Positions 1-11,058 of a stretch of 64,000 bases of DNA are shown here, in pieces. The stretch's first letter is position 1; each line of letters opens with the position of its first letter. The notes beneath the pieces were generated by a model that saw only the letters and a program-made list of their open reading frames with translations, did not search any database and was not told the origin of the DNA. A program made the position numbers and the translations under genes. The DNA comes from Octopus sinensis (taxonomy: Eukaryota). The stretch lies in contig NC_043005.1 in NCBI RefSeq assembly GCF_006345805.1, positions 44,578,001-44,642,000 on the forward strand. Direction: 5' to 3'.

Positions 1-253
1 CTTTTTCTTTCTTTTTTACACTTTCTTGTAATGTTTTTTTTTCCTCTACATTTCTCTTATGCTCATCATTGTGAATGGGAAAGAGAGAGAGCATCATTGT
101 GGCTCTTGTCAATTTGACCACTGTATAATACAAACGTCTTTCTTTACATAAATGTTTGACTTCATATGGTGAACAAAGGATGAATAATCTAATCAACATT
201 TTGGGATGAACCTGAATTTCCATATTGTACATTTCATTAATAACAGCCAATTC

Positions 254-440
254 TATATTGATTTCAAATTTTGGTTTCAAGGCCAGCAATTTTAGGTGAA
301 GGGATGAGTCAATTACATTGAATCCAGTGTTCAGTTGGTACTTATTTTATTGACCCCAAAAGGATGAAAAGCAAAGTCGACCCTGATAGCATTTGAACTC
401 AGAATGTAAAGACAGATGAAATGCTGTTAAGTATTTTCAT
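254..440 (-). mobile_element. Meta-like SINE, degraded
   Basis: GGTACTTATTTTATTGACCCCAAAAGGATGAAAAGCAAAGTCGACC core. Confidence 0.7.
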
Positions 441-610
441 GTCCGGTAAGTTCACTGTCATCAATTCGCCAATAGTTTTTAACTTGTTAATGGTGAGCTA
501 CTACGGATATATTTTCTTGGTAAACTTTCCTCATGGTGAACCTTCTTCACAGTGAATTGATGGTGGTGAACTCTCCTGTGAGGAATTGATGGTGGCAAAC
601 TCACCTCTTT

Positions 611-816
611 TTACTCTTTTAATTGTTTCAGTCATTTGACTGTGGCCATGCTGGAGCACCGCCTTTAGTCAAGCAAATTGACCCCAGGACTTATTCTTTG
701 TAAGCCTAGTACTTATTCTATCAGTTTCTTTTGCCGAACTGCTAAGTTATGGGTACGTAAACACACCAGCATTGGTTGTCAAGCAATGTTGGTGGGACAA
801 ACACAGACACACACAT

Positions 817-873
<57 letters not shown>

Positions 874-1039
874 TACGATGGGCTTCTTCCAGTTCCCATC
901 TACCAAATCCACTCACAAGGCTTTGGTCGGCCTGAGGCTATAGTAGAAGACACTTGCTGAAGGTGTCACACAGTGGGACTGAACCCAGAACCATGTGGTT
1001 TGTAGGCAAGCTACTTACCACACAGCCATTCCTACGCCT
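611..1039 (-). mobile_element. tRNA-derived SINE family A with internal (TA)n/(TG)n
   Basis: Head GGCTGTGTGGTAAG (A box) and GGTTCAGTCCCAC (B box), shared body and an AAGAGTAAAAG-type tail. Confidence 0.85.
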
Positions 1040-1180
1040 GTAATCAAACATTTTGCCTGGCATGCTAACAATTCTGCCAACTTACTGCATTACAGCCAGC
1101 CACCTTATGTTCCATCCCTACACATGTATGTTTGACATTTCTGCGTTGGGCTGTCAGGAATAAAAAAAATTGAAAATTAC

Positions 1181-1351
1181 CCCAGTTATTTCACATATGC
1201 TGTACAACTTCTTCTTGAAGACTTTGTTAATCTGTGCTGTTATTGAGTAAGAGTAAGAGTGAACCCATGCTAAACAGACAATTACTATCACCCATGACTT
1301 CTTTTGAACAAGAGGGTTTGCAATTATTAAAATGGATCCATTATTAGACAT
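1181..1351 (-). CDS. Candidate 171-nt phase 0-0 internal exon, product unknown
   Basis: T-rich acceptor tract ending TAAATTAG, donor GGG|GTAATT and an open frame of 57 codons with a hydrophobic segment. No supporting exon was found. Confidence 0.22.
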
Positions 1352-1805
1352 CTAATTTATAAAAAAAGAAACAAAACTAAAATAAATGTTAGCTAAAAAA
1401 GTATATTTCATGTTGGCATGGGTTGGATGGTTTGACAAAAGCTGGCAAGCCAGAGGACTGAATTAAGGTTTATTGTCTATTTTGGCATGGTTTCTACAGC
1501 TGGATGCCCTTTCTAATGCCAACCACTTTACAGAGTTTATGGGGTATATTTTGCATAGCACCAACACCAATGAGGTCACCAAGCAACTTGCAAGACAAAC
1601 TCCCCTTAACTGGAGGGGAGTAGTACTGAGGGAAGTGGCTTTGTGCCAATTGATGGGAGACTAAAAAGTAATAGAGGGAAAGAGATAGGTGTCTTGCTGT
1701 AAAAGAGATACAAAAATATATACAGGTATATCTTCATCATTTTGATGTTGATCTTCCATGTTTGCATGGGTCAGACAACACATTTGTTGGGTAAAAGTAA
1801 TTCCC

Positions 1806-2025
1806 ATAATTTGACTGGGGCCATGCTGGAGCACCACTTTTAGTCAAAGAAATTGACCCCTTGACTTATCCTTTGTAAGCCTAGTACTTATTCTATCGGT
1901 CTTTCTGCTGAACTGCTACTTTACGGGGAAGTAAACACATCAACATCGGTTGTCAAACAACGAGTGTGGGGATAAACACACAGACACAAGGACACACACA
2001 TAAATACATATACACACACACATAT

Positions 2026-2081
<56 letters not shown>

Positions 2082-2260
2082 AGCTTCTTTCAGTTTCTGT
2101 CCACTAAATACATTGATAAGGCTTTGGTCAGCCTGGCGCTATAGTAGAAGACACTTGCCCAAGGTGCCATGCAGTGGGACTGAACCCGGAACCATGTGGT
2201 TGTGAAGCAAGCTTCTTATTACACAGCTTCTACCTTCCTCCTACTCCTCCTACTGCGCCT
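1806..2260 (-). mobile_element. SINE family A
   Basis: Same head, body and internal microsatellite as 611-1039. Confidence 0.8.
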
Positions 2261-2870
2261 ATAATTATATGAGAAAGAAATATTCTGTTTTTTTCTATAG
2301 CTGTTTGTTGTAAATAAGAAATTAATGTTATTTAGCCCTTTTGTGTTCCTATTACTCTATGAAATGTAGTGCTCATTCATTTACAAGGAAGGAAGTTATG
2401 TTTTCATTGGTATTGGTTTGTCTGTCCGTCTGTGTACAAAATAACTCAAAAAGTTGTGAACAGAATTTAATGATACTTAAAGAAAAAGTTGGTAACAACA
2501 CAAGAAACAGACGGTGAAATTTTGGTAGTGATCTGGGAATTTTATGGATTCTTGAAGGATTTTTCATTTGTTATATTTATTTTACATGAAGTATTACAAT
2601 GTTACGTTCTTTGATTTATCTCTCTTGAAAAAACGTTCATCGTTTCCACGTAACCTATGGTGGCGTTGCTGTTTCCAAAATTTATTTTCCTTTCTTTAGT
2701 AATGTTACTCATGTATCTATCTTAACACTCAAGTCTTAAGTAATTGTTATTTCTTTTTAGTTGTATGGTGAAACTAGCTTGCTGTTGTCATTGATGTATT
2801 ATAACTGCTTCAGATGATTCCTGTTTTTAAGGGATTCTTTAAAAAAATCATATGGCCTTGTTATTTCTTT

Positions 2871-3000
2871 TTAACCCCGCCAAGGAGGTTATGTTTTTGC
2901 TGGCATTGGTTTGGGAAATTGGGCGATTTTCAGCATGTGTTTATATGGGTTGAAATGGGCTGCTTGGCAGACGTCTGTGCTCTCTGAGTGCTTTTCTAGT
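2871..3000 (+). mobile_element. Short Helentron/DINE-like non-autonomous element
   Basis: Subterminal inverted repeat ACCCCGCCAAG / CTTGGCAGACGT and a 3' end in CTAGT after a T-rich site. Confidence 0.45.
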
Positions 3001-3171
3001 TTTGAATAAATTATGCATTATCTTGTAGCTTTGAGATTTTTATGATGTGATTCTTAGATTGACATTGTAGGGTAGGTGTGACATGCCACATCTGGATAGT
3101 TTGGACATAAAACAGATAGAATATTAGGGTTGGATATACCACTTTAAATGCTAAAGAATTAAATTCTAAAT

Positions 3172-3425
3172 CAGAGGTGCTCAACTATTTTTTGCCTACA
3201 GATCCCTTTGACTCTTGTTTTATTCTTCTGGACCCACATAGCCATTTGTGGTATATAAAAATAATTTTACTGTATTTTTGTAATTAAACAATAGTAGGAA
3301 TTGTATAAAAAATTTTAATATTTTGTGTATTATAGAAGTATAACCAATTTATTGCACATAGATATTAGCATCAAAATTTTGTGTGGGCCCCTAAGGGCTG
3401 TATGCACCCCAGTTGAGAACCACTG
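3172..3425. mobile_element. hAT (Charlie-like) MITE
   Basis: TIRs CAGAGGTGCTCAAC / GTTGAGAACCACTG. 8-bp TSD TTCTAAAT / CTCTAAAT. Confidence 0.8.
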
Positions 3426-3961
3426 CTCTAAATAATCCTATGAAAGTCAATGTTTGGTTCCAGTTTCCAAACCTTGAATTGGATAAGCGATAAATCCCTT
3501 GCAGATTAGACACTAATCTATTTCAGGTAAATATTGTTTTAGTATTTTATCTATTTCAGTTGGCAAAGTGAACCATAATATGTTGAATAATAGGTTCTGC
3601 TCTGTAAATTAACAAGTTCTAACAGTAGACTTGAACTTCCTACTTTACAGATTTGCTACAAGTAAAATTGTTTTTCATATCAATGTAGCTAACAAAATAG
3701 AACACATATTTGGGGCTTTAAACTACTTAGCCCTGAGATTTTCTATATTTAGTTTAGATTGTATAGCATGTCATATTTTCTATAATTTACAAAACTGATC
3801 TCTTATTTTTACAAAACAAATCATTAGAAATTTTCATGCTACCATTACCTAGTTTAAAAGAAATACATTTATATTTGTTTTGGCACCATGCTACAGGATT
3901 TGTGCTTCTAAAAATAACTTTTGTGCATAGAATTCACTCTTTATATATATATATATATATA

Positions 3962-4184
3962 TCATCATCATCATCATCATCATTTAGCGTCCGCTTTCCA
4001 TGCTAGCATGGTTGGACGGTTCAACTGGGGTCTGTGAAGCCGGAAGGCCGCATCAGGCCAGACAGATCTGGCCATGTTTCTACGGCTGGATGCCTTTTCC
4101 TAACGCCAACCACTCTGTGAGTGTAGTGGGTGCTTTTTATGTGCCACCCGCACAGGTGCCAGACGGAGCTGGCAAATGGCCACG
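3962..4184 (-). mobile_element. Short RTE 3'-end element (truncated LINE or RTE-dependent SINE)
   Basis: Reverse complement of the RTE terminus with a (TCA)n tail. Similar copies at ~1405-1720, ~20905-21240, ~48285-48625, ~51245-51425, ~52715-52930 and the window end. Confidence 0.8.
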
Positions 4185-4346
4185 CAGAACAAGAACGTAA
4201 TGAACGATAATGAAAACATACGGATATATATATATATATATATAAACAGACAACATACACTCATAAATACACATATAAAAATGCACTTGAATGCATATAC
4301 ATAAATACAAATGTATTTACAAACATTTCTGAGTAGATCTTCCCTC

Positions 4347-4586
4347 TTAACTCTTTTGCTCCATAATTCTGTTGAAATACATCAGTTTTGTTCCAAGTAA
4401 CTTTTAATGTATAGAAGTAAATTCTTCAATACATTAAAAATTTAAAATGACTGTCGTTATTGATCTACATTTGGGACACAAATGAACATAAAAGTTTGAT
4501 GGAAGGTTTTTAGATTACCTTAAACATGAAGTTTGTATCACTGATCCCAGGGTAATCTCAGATGGATTGGTATCAAAAAGGATTAA
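4347..4586. mobile_element. TTAA-flanked MITE, second family
   Basis: TTAACTCTTTTG ... CAAAAAGGATTAA. Homologous to 24772-24986. Confidence 0.65.
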
Positions 4587-5055
4587 CATAACAGAGAGAA
4601 TTTTAATTAGCTCAGGAAAAGAATTAATTAGCAAAATTTATAAGAAATATTAATTAGAAAATTGGGGGATGCCATCAAAGAAACAAGAAATTGTAATTGT
4701 TTCTTCAGTTTAAATAAGGATATTTTGTTTCTTTTTCAGTTTGTATACATAAAAGAAATTTAGTTTGAAGACAGTTCATCATATATATATATACCAGAGT
4801 ATATATATATATATATATATATTTTTTATAATTAATCAATATAGGGTGGCAAAAAAAATTCTGTAGAATTCTTTTGCCACCAGCGGCCTAGTGGGAAAAA
4901 ATTAAATAGTATAGACCATTTTTAAGTTCAACATCAACAATCAAGGAACGGCCATAATAGGCCATTCACCCACTAGAAATAACAGCCAAAGCTTCAACCG
5001 CAAATAAAAGTCAATTCCGTAAACAGGAGAAAATTTAAAAAACATTTACCCTGTA

Positions 5056-5159
5056 ATTCTTATACGATTCACCGTTTCATCTGCTGTTTAATGGTAAACT
5101 AACTGATTAAATTAAATCAAGCCAATCTTCCATAGGCCTCAGATTCTTCAGTAAGAAAT
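5056..5159 (-). ncRNA. Type I hammerhead ribozyme, monomer copy 1 (1-nt deletion in the 3' strand of stem I)
   Basis: Reverse complement reads AUUUCUUA-CUGAAGA-AUCUG...CAGAU-GAAA-CGGUGAAUCG-UA-UAAGAAU. Confidence 0.75.
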
Positions 5160-5543
5160 AGCACAAGTCGGAACAGATATTTTCACGAGGCATTTCCGAC
5201 CCTGCCAAGGTAATATCTGACCTAAAATTTTCAAATCATCGCACTCGCGCCAAATTTATCGGCAGCAAATAAATATAAGCCGTCGATTCCATTACGGAAT
5301 TAACCAGAAAATTCATAATTAATCAATATAGGGTGGCAAAAAAAATTCTGTAGAATTCTTTTGCCACCAGCGGCCTAGTGGGAAAAAATTAAATAGTCAT
5401 AGACCATTTTTAAGTTCAACATCAACAATCAAGGAACGGCCATAATAGGCCATTCACCCACTAGAAATAACAGCCAAAGCTTCAACCGCAAATAAAAGTC
5501 AATTCCGTAAACAGGAGAAAATTTAAAAAACATTTACCCTGTA

Positions 5544-5649
5544 ATTTCTTATACGATTCACCGTTTCATCTGCTGTTTAATGGTAAACTAACCTGATAAA
5601 TTAAATCAAGGCAATCTTCCATAGGCCCTCAGATTCTTCAGTAAGAAAT
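5544..5649 (-). ncRNA. Type I hammerhead ribozyme, monomer copy 2
   Basis: Complete core with 8-bp stem I, 5-bp stem II and 4-bp stem III. Predicted cleavage between 5552 and 5551. Confidence 0.85.
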
Positions 5650-6185
5650 AGCCACAAGTCGGAACAGATATTTTCACGAGGCATTTCCGACCCTGCCAAG
5701 GTAATATCTGACCTAAAATTTTCAAATCATCGCACTCGCGCTAATTTAATCAGGTTAGTTTACCATTAAACAGCAGATGAAACGGTGAATCGTATAAGAA
5801 ATTACAGGGTAAATGTTTTTTAAATTTTCTCCTGTTTACGGAATTGACTTTTTATTGCGGTTGAAGCTTTGGCTGTTATTTCTAGTGGGTGAATGGCCTA
5901 TTATGGCCGTTCCTTGATTGTTGATGTTGAACTTAAAAATGGTCTATGACTATTTAATTTTTCCCACTAGGCCGCTGGTGGCAAAAGAATTCTACAGAAT
6001 TTTTTTTGCCACCCTATATTGATTAATTATGAATTTTCTGGTTAATTCCGTAATGGAATCAACGGCTTATATTTATTTGCTGCCGATAAATTGGCGCGAG
6101 TGCGATGATTTGAAAATTTTAGGTCAGATATTACCTTGGCAGGGTCGGAAATGCCTCGTGAAAATATCTGTTCCGACTTGTGGCT

Positions 6186-6292
6186 ATTTCTTACTGAAGA
6201 ATCTGAGGGCCTATGGAAGATTGGCTTGATTTAATTTAATCAGGTTAGTTTACCATTAAACAGCAGATGAAACGGTGAATCGTATAAGAAAT
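6186..6292 (+). ncRNA. Type I hammerhead ribozyme, monomer copy 4
   Basis: ATTTCTTA 6186-6193 pairs with TAAGAAAT 6285-6292. CTGAAGA 6194-6200. ATCTG 6201-6205 pairs with CAGAT 6264-6268. GAAA 6269-6272. ACGG/TCGT stem III with a TGAA loop. GTA triplet with predicted cut after 6284. Confidence 0.88.
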
Positions 6293-6674
6293 TACAGGGT
6301 AAATATTTTTAAAATTTTCTCCTGTTTACGGAATTGACTTTTATTTGCGGTTGAAGCTTTGGCTGTTATTTCTAGTGGGTGAATGGCCTATTATGGCCGT
6401 TCCTTGATTGTTGATGTTGAACTTAAAAATGGTCTATGACTATTTAATTTTTTCCCACTAGGCCGCTGGTGGCAAAAGAATTCTACAGAATTTTTTTTGC
6501 CACCCTATATTGATTAATTATGAATTTTCTGGTTAATTCCGTAATGGAATCGACGGCTTATATTATTTGCTGCCGATAAATTAGCGCGAGTGCGATGATT
6601 TGAAAATTTTAGGTCAGATATTACCTGGCAGGGTCGGAAATGCCTCGTGAAAATATCTGTTCCGACTTGTGGCT

Positions 6675-6780
6675 ATTTCTACTGAAGAATCTGAGGGCCT
6701 ATGGAAGATTGGCTTGATTTAATTTAATCAGGTTAGTTTACCATTAAACAGCAGATGAAACGGTGAATCGTATAAGAAAT
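6675..6780 (+). ncRNA. Type I hammerhead ribozyme, monomer copy 5 (1-nt deletion in the 5' strand of stem I)
   Basis: CTGAAGA 6682-6688, GAAA 6757-6760, GTA with predicted cut after 6772, TAAGAAAT 6773-6780. Confidence 0.78.
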
Positions 6781-6914
6781 TACAGGGTAGGTAATGTTTT
6801 TTAAATTTTCTCCTGTTTACGGAATTGACTTTTATTTGCGGTTGAAGCTTTGGCTGTTATTTCTAGTGGGTGAATGGCCTATTATGGCCGTTCCTTGATT
6901 GTTGATATATATAT

Positions 6915-8820
6915 ATATCTTTGTGGTACCAGTGCCTGGGCACACAAGAAAACCATCAGAACGTGGCCGTAGCCAGTACCGCATCGACTGGCCTCCGTGC
7001 TGTGGGAACATGGTGCACATAAAAAACACCATCCGAAGGACCCGGCAAGACTAGTCAGGTCATAACCCGTGGGCCCTACCTGGGACGTAGTCAGTCCACC
7101 TGTACATACCTTCCGACTTGTGAAGACCTGCTGCGGCAAGTGAAAATCAAATCAAATCAAAAAATCAAAATAGATGAACATCAATGGAATTGTATCCTTG
7201 TGGTACCAGTGCCAGTGGCACACAAGAATCCATCCGAACGTGGCCGTAGTCAGTACCGCTTGTGGTACCAGTGCCGGTGGCAAACAAGAATCCATCCGAA
7301 CGTGGCCGTAGTCAGTACCGCATCACTGGCATCGTGCTGTGGGCACATAACAAACACCATCCGGTCGTGGCGTTCGCCGCCTCATCTAGCCCACCGTCGG
7401 TGGCCACATAAAAACACCTTCCGAAGACCCGGCAAGACTAGTCAGGCCATAAACCATGGCCCTACCTGGGACGTAGTCAGTCCACCTGTGCATACCTTCT
7501 CCTTGTGATACTTGTGAAGGCCTGTTGAGGCAAGTGTGAAAATCAAAATCAATCAAAACAAATCAAAATAGATGAACATCAATGGAATCTTCCTTCTTGT
7601 GACACTTGTGAAGACCTGTTGAGGCAAGTGAAAATCAAATCAAAACAAATCAAAATAGATGAACATCAATGGAATCTGTTATCTTTGTGGTACAGTTGCC
7701 GGTTGGCACACACTTTGTGGTACCAGTGCCGGTGGCACACATGAGAACCATCCGAACGTGGCCGTAGCCAGTTCCGCATCGACAGGCCTCCGTGCTGTGG
7801 GACGTAACAAACACCATCCGATCATGGCCCGTTCGCCAGCCTATCTGGCACCTGTGTGGGTGGCACATAAAAACAACCTCCGAAGACCCGGCAAGACTAG
7901 TCAGTCCACCTGGGCATACCTTCCTTTTGTGACACTTGTGAAGACCGGTTGAGGCAAGTGAAAATCAAATCAAATCAAATCAAATCAAAATAGACAAAAT
8001 AGATGAACATCAATGGAATTTGTATCTTGTGGTACCAGTGCCTGTGGCACACAAGAAATCCATCAGTGCCGTAGTCAGTGCGGTGGGCACATGAAAACAC
8101 ATCCGATCGTGGCCGTTCGCCAGCCTCATCTAGCACCTGTGTCGGTGGCACATAAAAAACACCATCCGAAGACCCGGCAAGACTAGTCAGGCCATAACCC
8201 AGGCCCCTACCTGGGACGTAGTCAGTCCACCTGTGCATACCTTCCTTCTTGTGACACTTGTGAAGACCTGTTGAGGCAAGTGAAAATCAAATCAAAACAA
8301 ATCAAAATAGTGAACATCAATGGATTTGTATCTTTGTGGCACGTGGCACATAAGAAAACCATCCGAACGTGGCCGTAGCCAGTACCGCATCGACTGGCCT
8401 CCGTGCTGTGGGCACGTAACAAGCACCATCCGATCGTGGCCGTTTGCCAGCCTCATAAAAACACCATCCGAGCGTGGCCGTCTGCCAGCCTCGTCTGGCA
8501 CCTGTGTCGGTGGCACATAAAAAACACCATCCGAGCGTGGCCGTCTGCCAGCCTCGTCTGGCACCTGTGTCGGTTGGCACATAAAAAACACCATCCGAGG
8601 TGCCGTTTGCCAGCTCGTCTGGCACCTGTGTCGGTGGCGCACTAAATCACCCACTACACTCTCGGAGTGGTTGGCGTTAGGAAGGGCATCCAGCTGTAGA
8701 AACACTGCCAGATCTGACTGGACTGGTGCCAGCTTTCGGGCTCCCCAGACCCCAGTTGAACCGTCCAACCCATGCTAGCATGGAAGCGGACGTTAATTGA
8801 TGATGATGATGATGATGATA
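6915..8820 (+). mobile_element. Multimer of RTE LINE 3'-UTR modules ending in a single RTE 3' terminus with a (TGA)n tail
   Basis: Four copies of (GA)CCCGGCAAGACTAGTC and five of GGCAAGTG(TG)AAAATC. The modules are homologous to 14345-14966, the 3' UTR of the RTE in this window. Terminal CCCATGCTAGCATGGAAGCGGACGTTAA-(TGA)n. Confidence 0.8.
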
Positions 8821-9026
8821 TATATACATAATAATAATTATTTGAGGGAATATTAATTCTTGCTTACAGGCAAAAAAATTCAATTTAGAAATACTAAATC
8901 AAATTTCACACAATATAATATATATATATAAAAATGGTGTTATTTAATTGTTCATTTTGAATTGATAAAAGGTGTTTTTTTTCTAATTTTTATATACATA
9001 TACATATACATATACATATATATATG

Positions 9027-9067
<41 letters not shown>

Positions 9068-9479
9068 CACACACACACACACATAATATATATATACATA
9101 TGTATGTATGTATGGATGGATGGATGGATATATTTACAATAATGGAAATCAGTGTTTAGTCAGGGGGAAAGTGGGAGAGAGTCGAGTTCATAAGTGAATT
9201 AGATAAAATGTCTTGCAATTTGTTCTGGCTATTTATGTTCCAAATCCTGCTAAGGTCAGCTTTGACTTTAATTTTTCAAGGTTCAATAGAATACTGAGAT
9301 ATAATCAACTATTTCATTACCACAAATGTCAAGTCTTTTGCCTAAGTGAGAAATTATTATTTTCTCAGAGCAGTGACAGCCAACAGCTTGGTTTATGTGA
9401 TTGATCAGTCAATCCCGTAATACAAGGTGCCAGGCACACAGTATCAGAGTATTTATCTATAAAGGTAAATGTTATGCAC

Positions 9480-10760
9480 TAAAGAGAGAAGACATTAGAC
9501 ATATCAAACTGTAAAAAGTTATTGAAAAATTAATTAGGAACATGAAATGCATTTCAAGTACATTGTAGAAAGCAGCACAGATGCCATATTCCTGAGGTGA
9601 CAACAAAAGAAATATTTATCCAAGAGTAAGTCCCAATACTTAACCCTTGTTGACCTGGAGAAAATCTTTAATAGAGTCCCTCATTATGTAATCTGATGGT
9701 TGCTAAGTGTGCGGGGTATAGATGAATTGCTTTTGAGGGTTGTACAAGACATGTTCAGATGTGTGATCAGTAAGGCTCTTCTCAGCTTTGTCCTGTTTAT
9801 TATAGTCTTCAAAGGAATAACAGGAGCTTTTAACTAGTTGTATTAGGTAACTCCTCTATGCTAATGACTTAGCTCTTATAACAGAATCTAGACATTGACA
9901 TGACAACAATCTTGGAATTGAAGAGCCTTATGGTAAGCTTTGCAAAAATATAGTTTTAATAAGTTGGAAAGAAGACTGGAGCCTGTTATCATTATGAAAT
10001 AGCCATGCCCACTGTGCAGAAAAGGATTTGGTTGTAATTCCATTTGGTGTGTCCTATGTAAACAATGGATGTACAAGAGGTGGTAACACTGGCAGGTTAA
10101 AAGAAGGTAGATTTCATATGCTGCAGGTGTACTGAGATAATAAACCCTAAGAAAATTCTGGAAATAGATTCTCTAAAATACTTAGACATTTTCTTAGAAG
10201 TATTTGATGGCTTTTATTACATAGCTGACATAACTAACATTGGAGGCAGGGCTCAGAAAGTATTGTAACCAGAGTAAGAATAGACTCATTTCTTTATTGC
10301 CCACAAGGGGCTAAACATAGAGGGGACAAACAAGGACAGACAAACGGATTAAGTTGATTACATCGACCCCAGTGCATAACTGGTACTTAATTTATCGACC
10401 CCGAAAAGATGAAAGGCAAAGTCGACCTCGGTGGAATTTGAACTCAGAACGTAGCGGCAGACAAAATACCGCTAAGCATTTTGCCCAGTGTGTTAACGTT
10501 TCTACCAGCTTGCTGCCTAAGAATGGACTGGCAAGAAAGGGCTTTTCCTTCAGAACATATGGTATAGATTGTATGATGCTTGTGTTCAAAGTGTAATTCT
10601 GTATGGGTGTGAGATATAAAATAAAGCAAGTATGCTTCGCTGAATGTGTCATGTCAGAGTATACATGAACTGAAAGAAAAGCTTAGTATAAGTAGAATGC
10701 AAGAGAGAAGATTGTGCTGATATAGGCTTGTGATGTATATGTAGGATGAAACTGACTTAA
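9480..10760 (+). pseudogene. Ancient degraded RTE LINE reverse-transcriptase fragment, interrupted by a SINE
   Basis: Translated remnants STDAIFL, DLEKIFNRVP, LLYANDLALITES, PCPLCRKGFGCNSIWCVLCKQW and RLYDACVQ are colinear with the RTE ORF at 12849-14366. Many stops and frameshifts. Confidence 0.8.
10287..10517 (-). mobile_element. tRNA-derived SINE with Meta-like central domain, with 12-bp TSD
   Basis: GCCTTTCATC(C/T)TTTCGGGGTCGATAAATTAAGTACCAG core on the minus strand. TSD TAAGAAT(A/G)GACT at 10275-10286 and 10518-10529. Confidence 0.85.
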
Positions 10761-11058
10761 GCAACTAGACATAGAAACCATACCAAAATGAAATGATAAG
10801 CAAGGTGTAATCCTCTGATCATGTGTAGGAGAGCAGTACCAAATAAGAACTAACTCAAGCTATAATGGTTCACTCAACCTATGCCAGAAATGATGGTAAT
10901 AATGATTGTATGACAACTGAACCTCAAAACTTTATGTCTATCTAATATCTCTGATGACTTATCCCTTTCCAAGACATCATTGTAAGGCTCTGAAGGAATG
11001 TTCAACTGTAAATTTCTTATTTTTCACAACTATTGGTATAAATAGTTATAACTAAGTT

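Larger units (their letters stand above)
4829..6906. mobile_element. Tandem and inverted array of a ~489-bp hammerhead-bearing monomer (retrozyme-like), flanked by (TA)n
   Basis: Monomer copies at 4829-5316 and 5317-5741, then inverted copies 5742-6028 (partial), 6029-6518 and 6519-6906 (partial). Equivalent positions recur at 488-490 bp spacing (GUA sites 5794/6284/6772 on +, 5063/5552 on -). Copies differ mostly by 1-bp indels. Confidence 0.9.

Noticed and set aside
4845-4881. Bacterial bidirectional terminator, implying contaminant DNA
   Set aside because: There are no bacterial-type ORFs around it, and the unit has ribozyme/Penelope-like architecture shared with other host repeats. A foreign origin is not formally excluded.
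4845-4892. Hairpin followed by CTAG as a Helitron 3' end
   Set aside because: The next unit does not start with TC and the array ends do not coincide with this motif. The hammerhead explains the unit better.
6125-6177. HDV-like ribozyme in the interleaved stems
   Set aside because: P3 does not pair, and there is no room for P4 or the J4/2 catalytic C.
6029-6229. 66-aa ORF in the ribozyme monomer
   Set aside because: The frame depends on indels that differ between copies, and no domain is recognisable.
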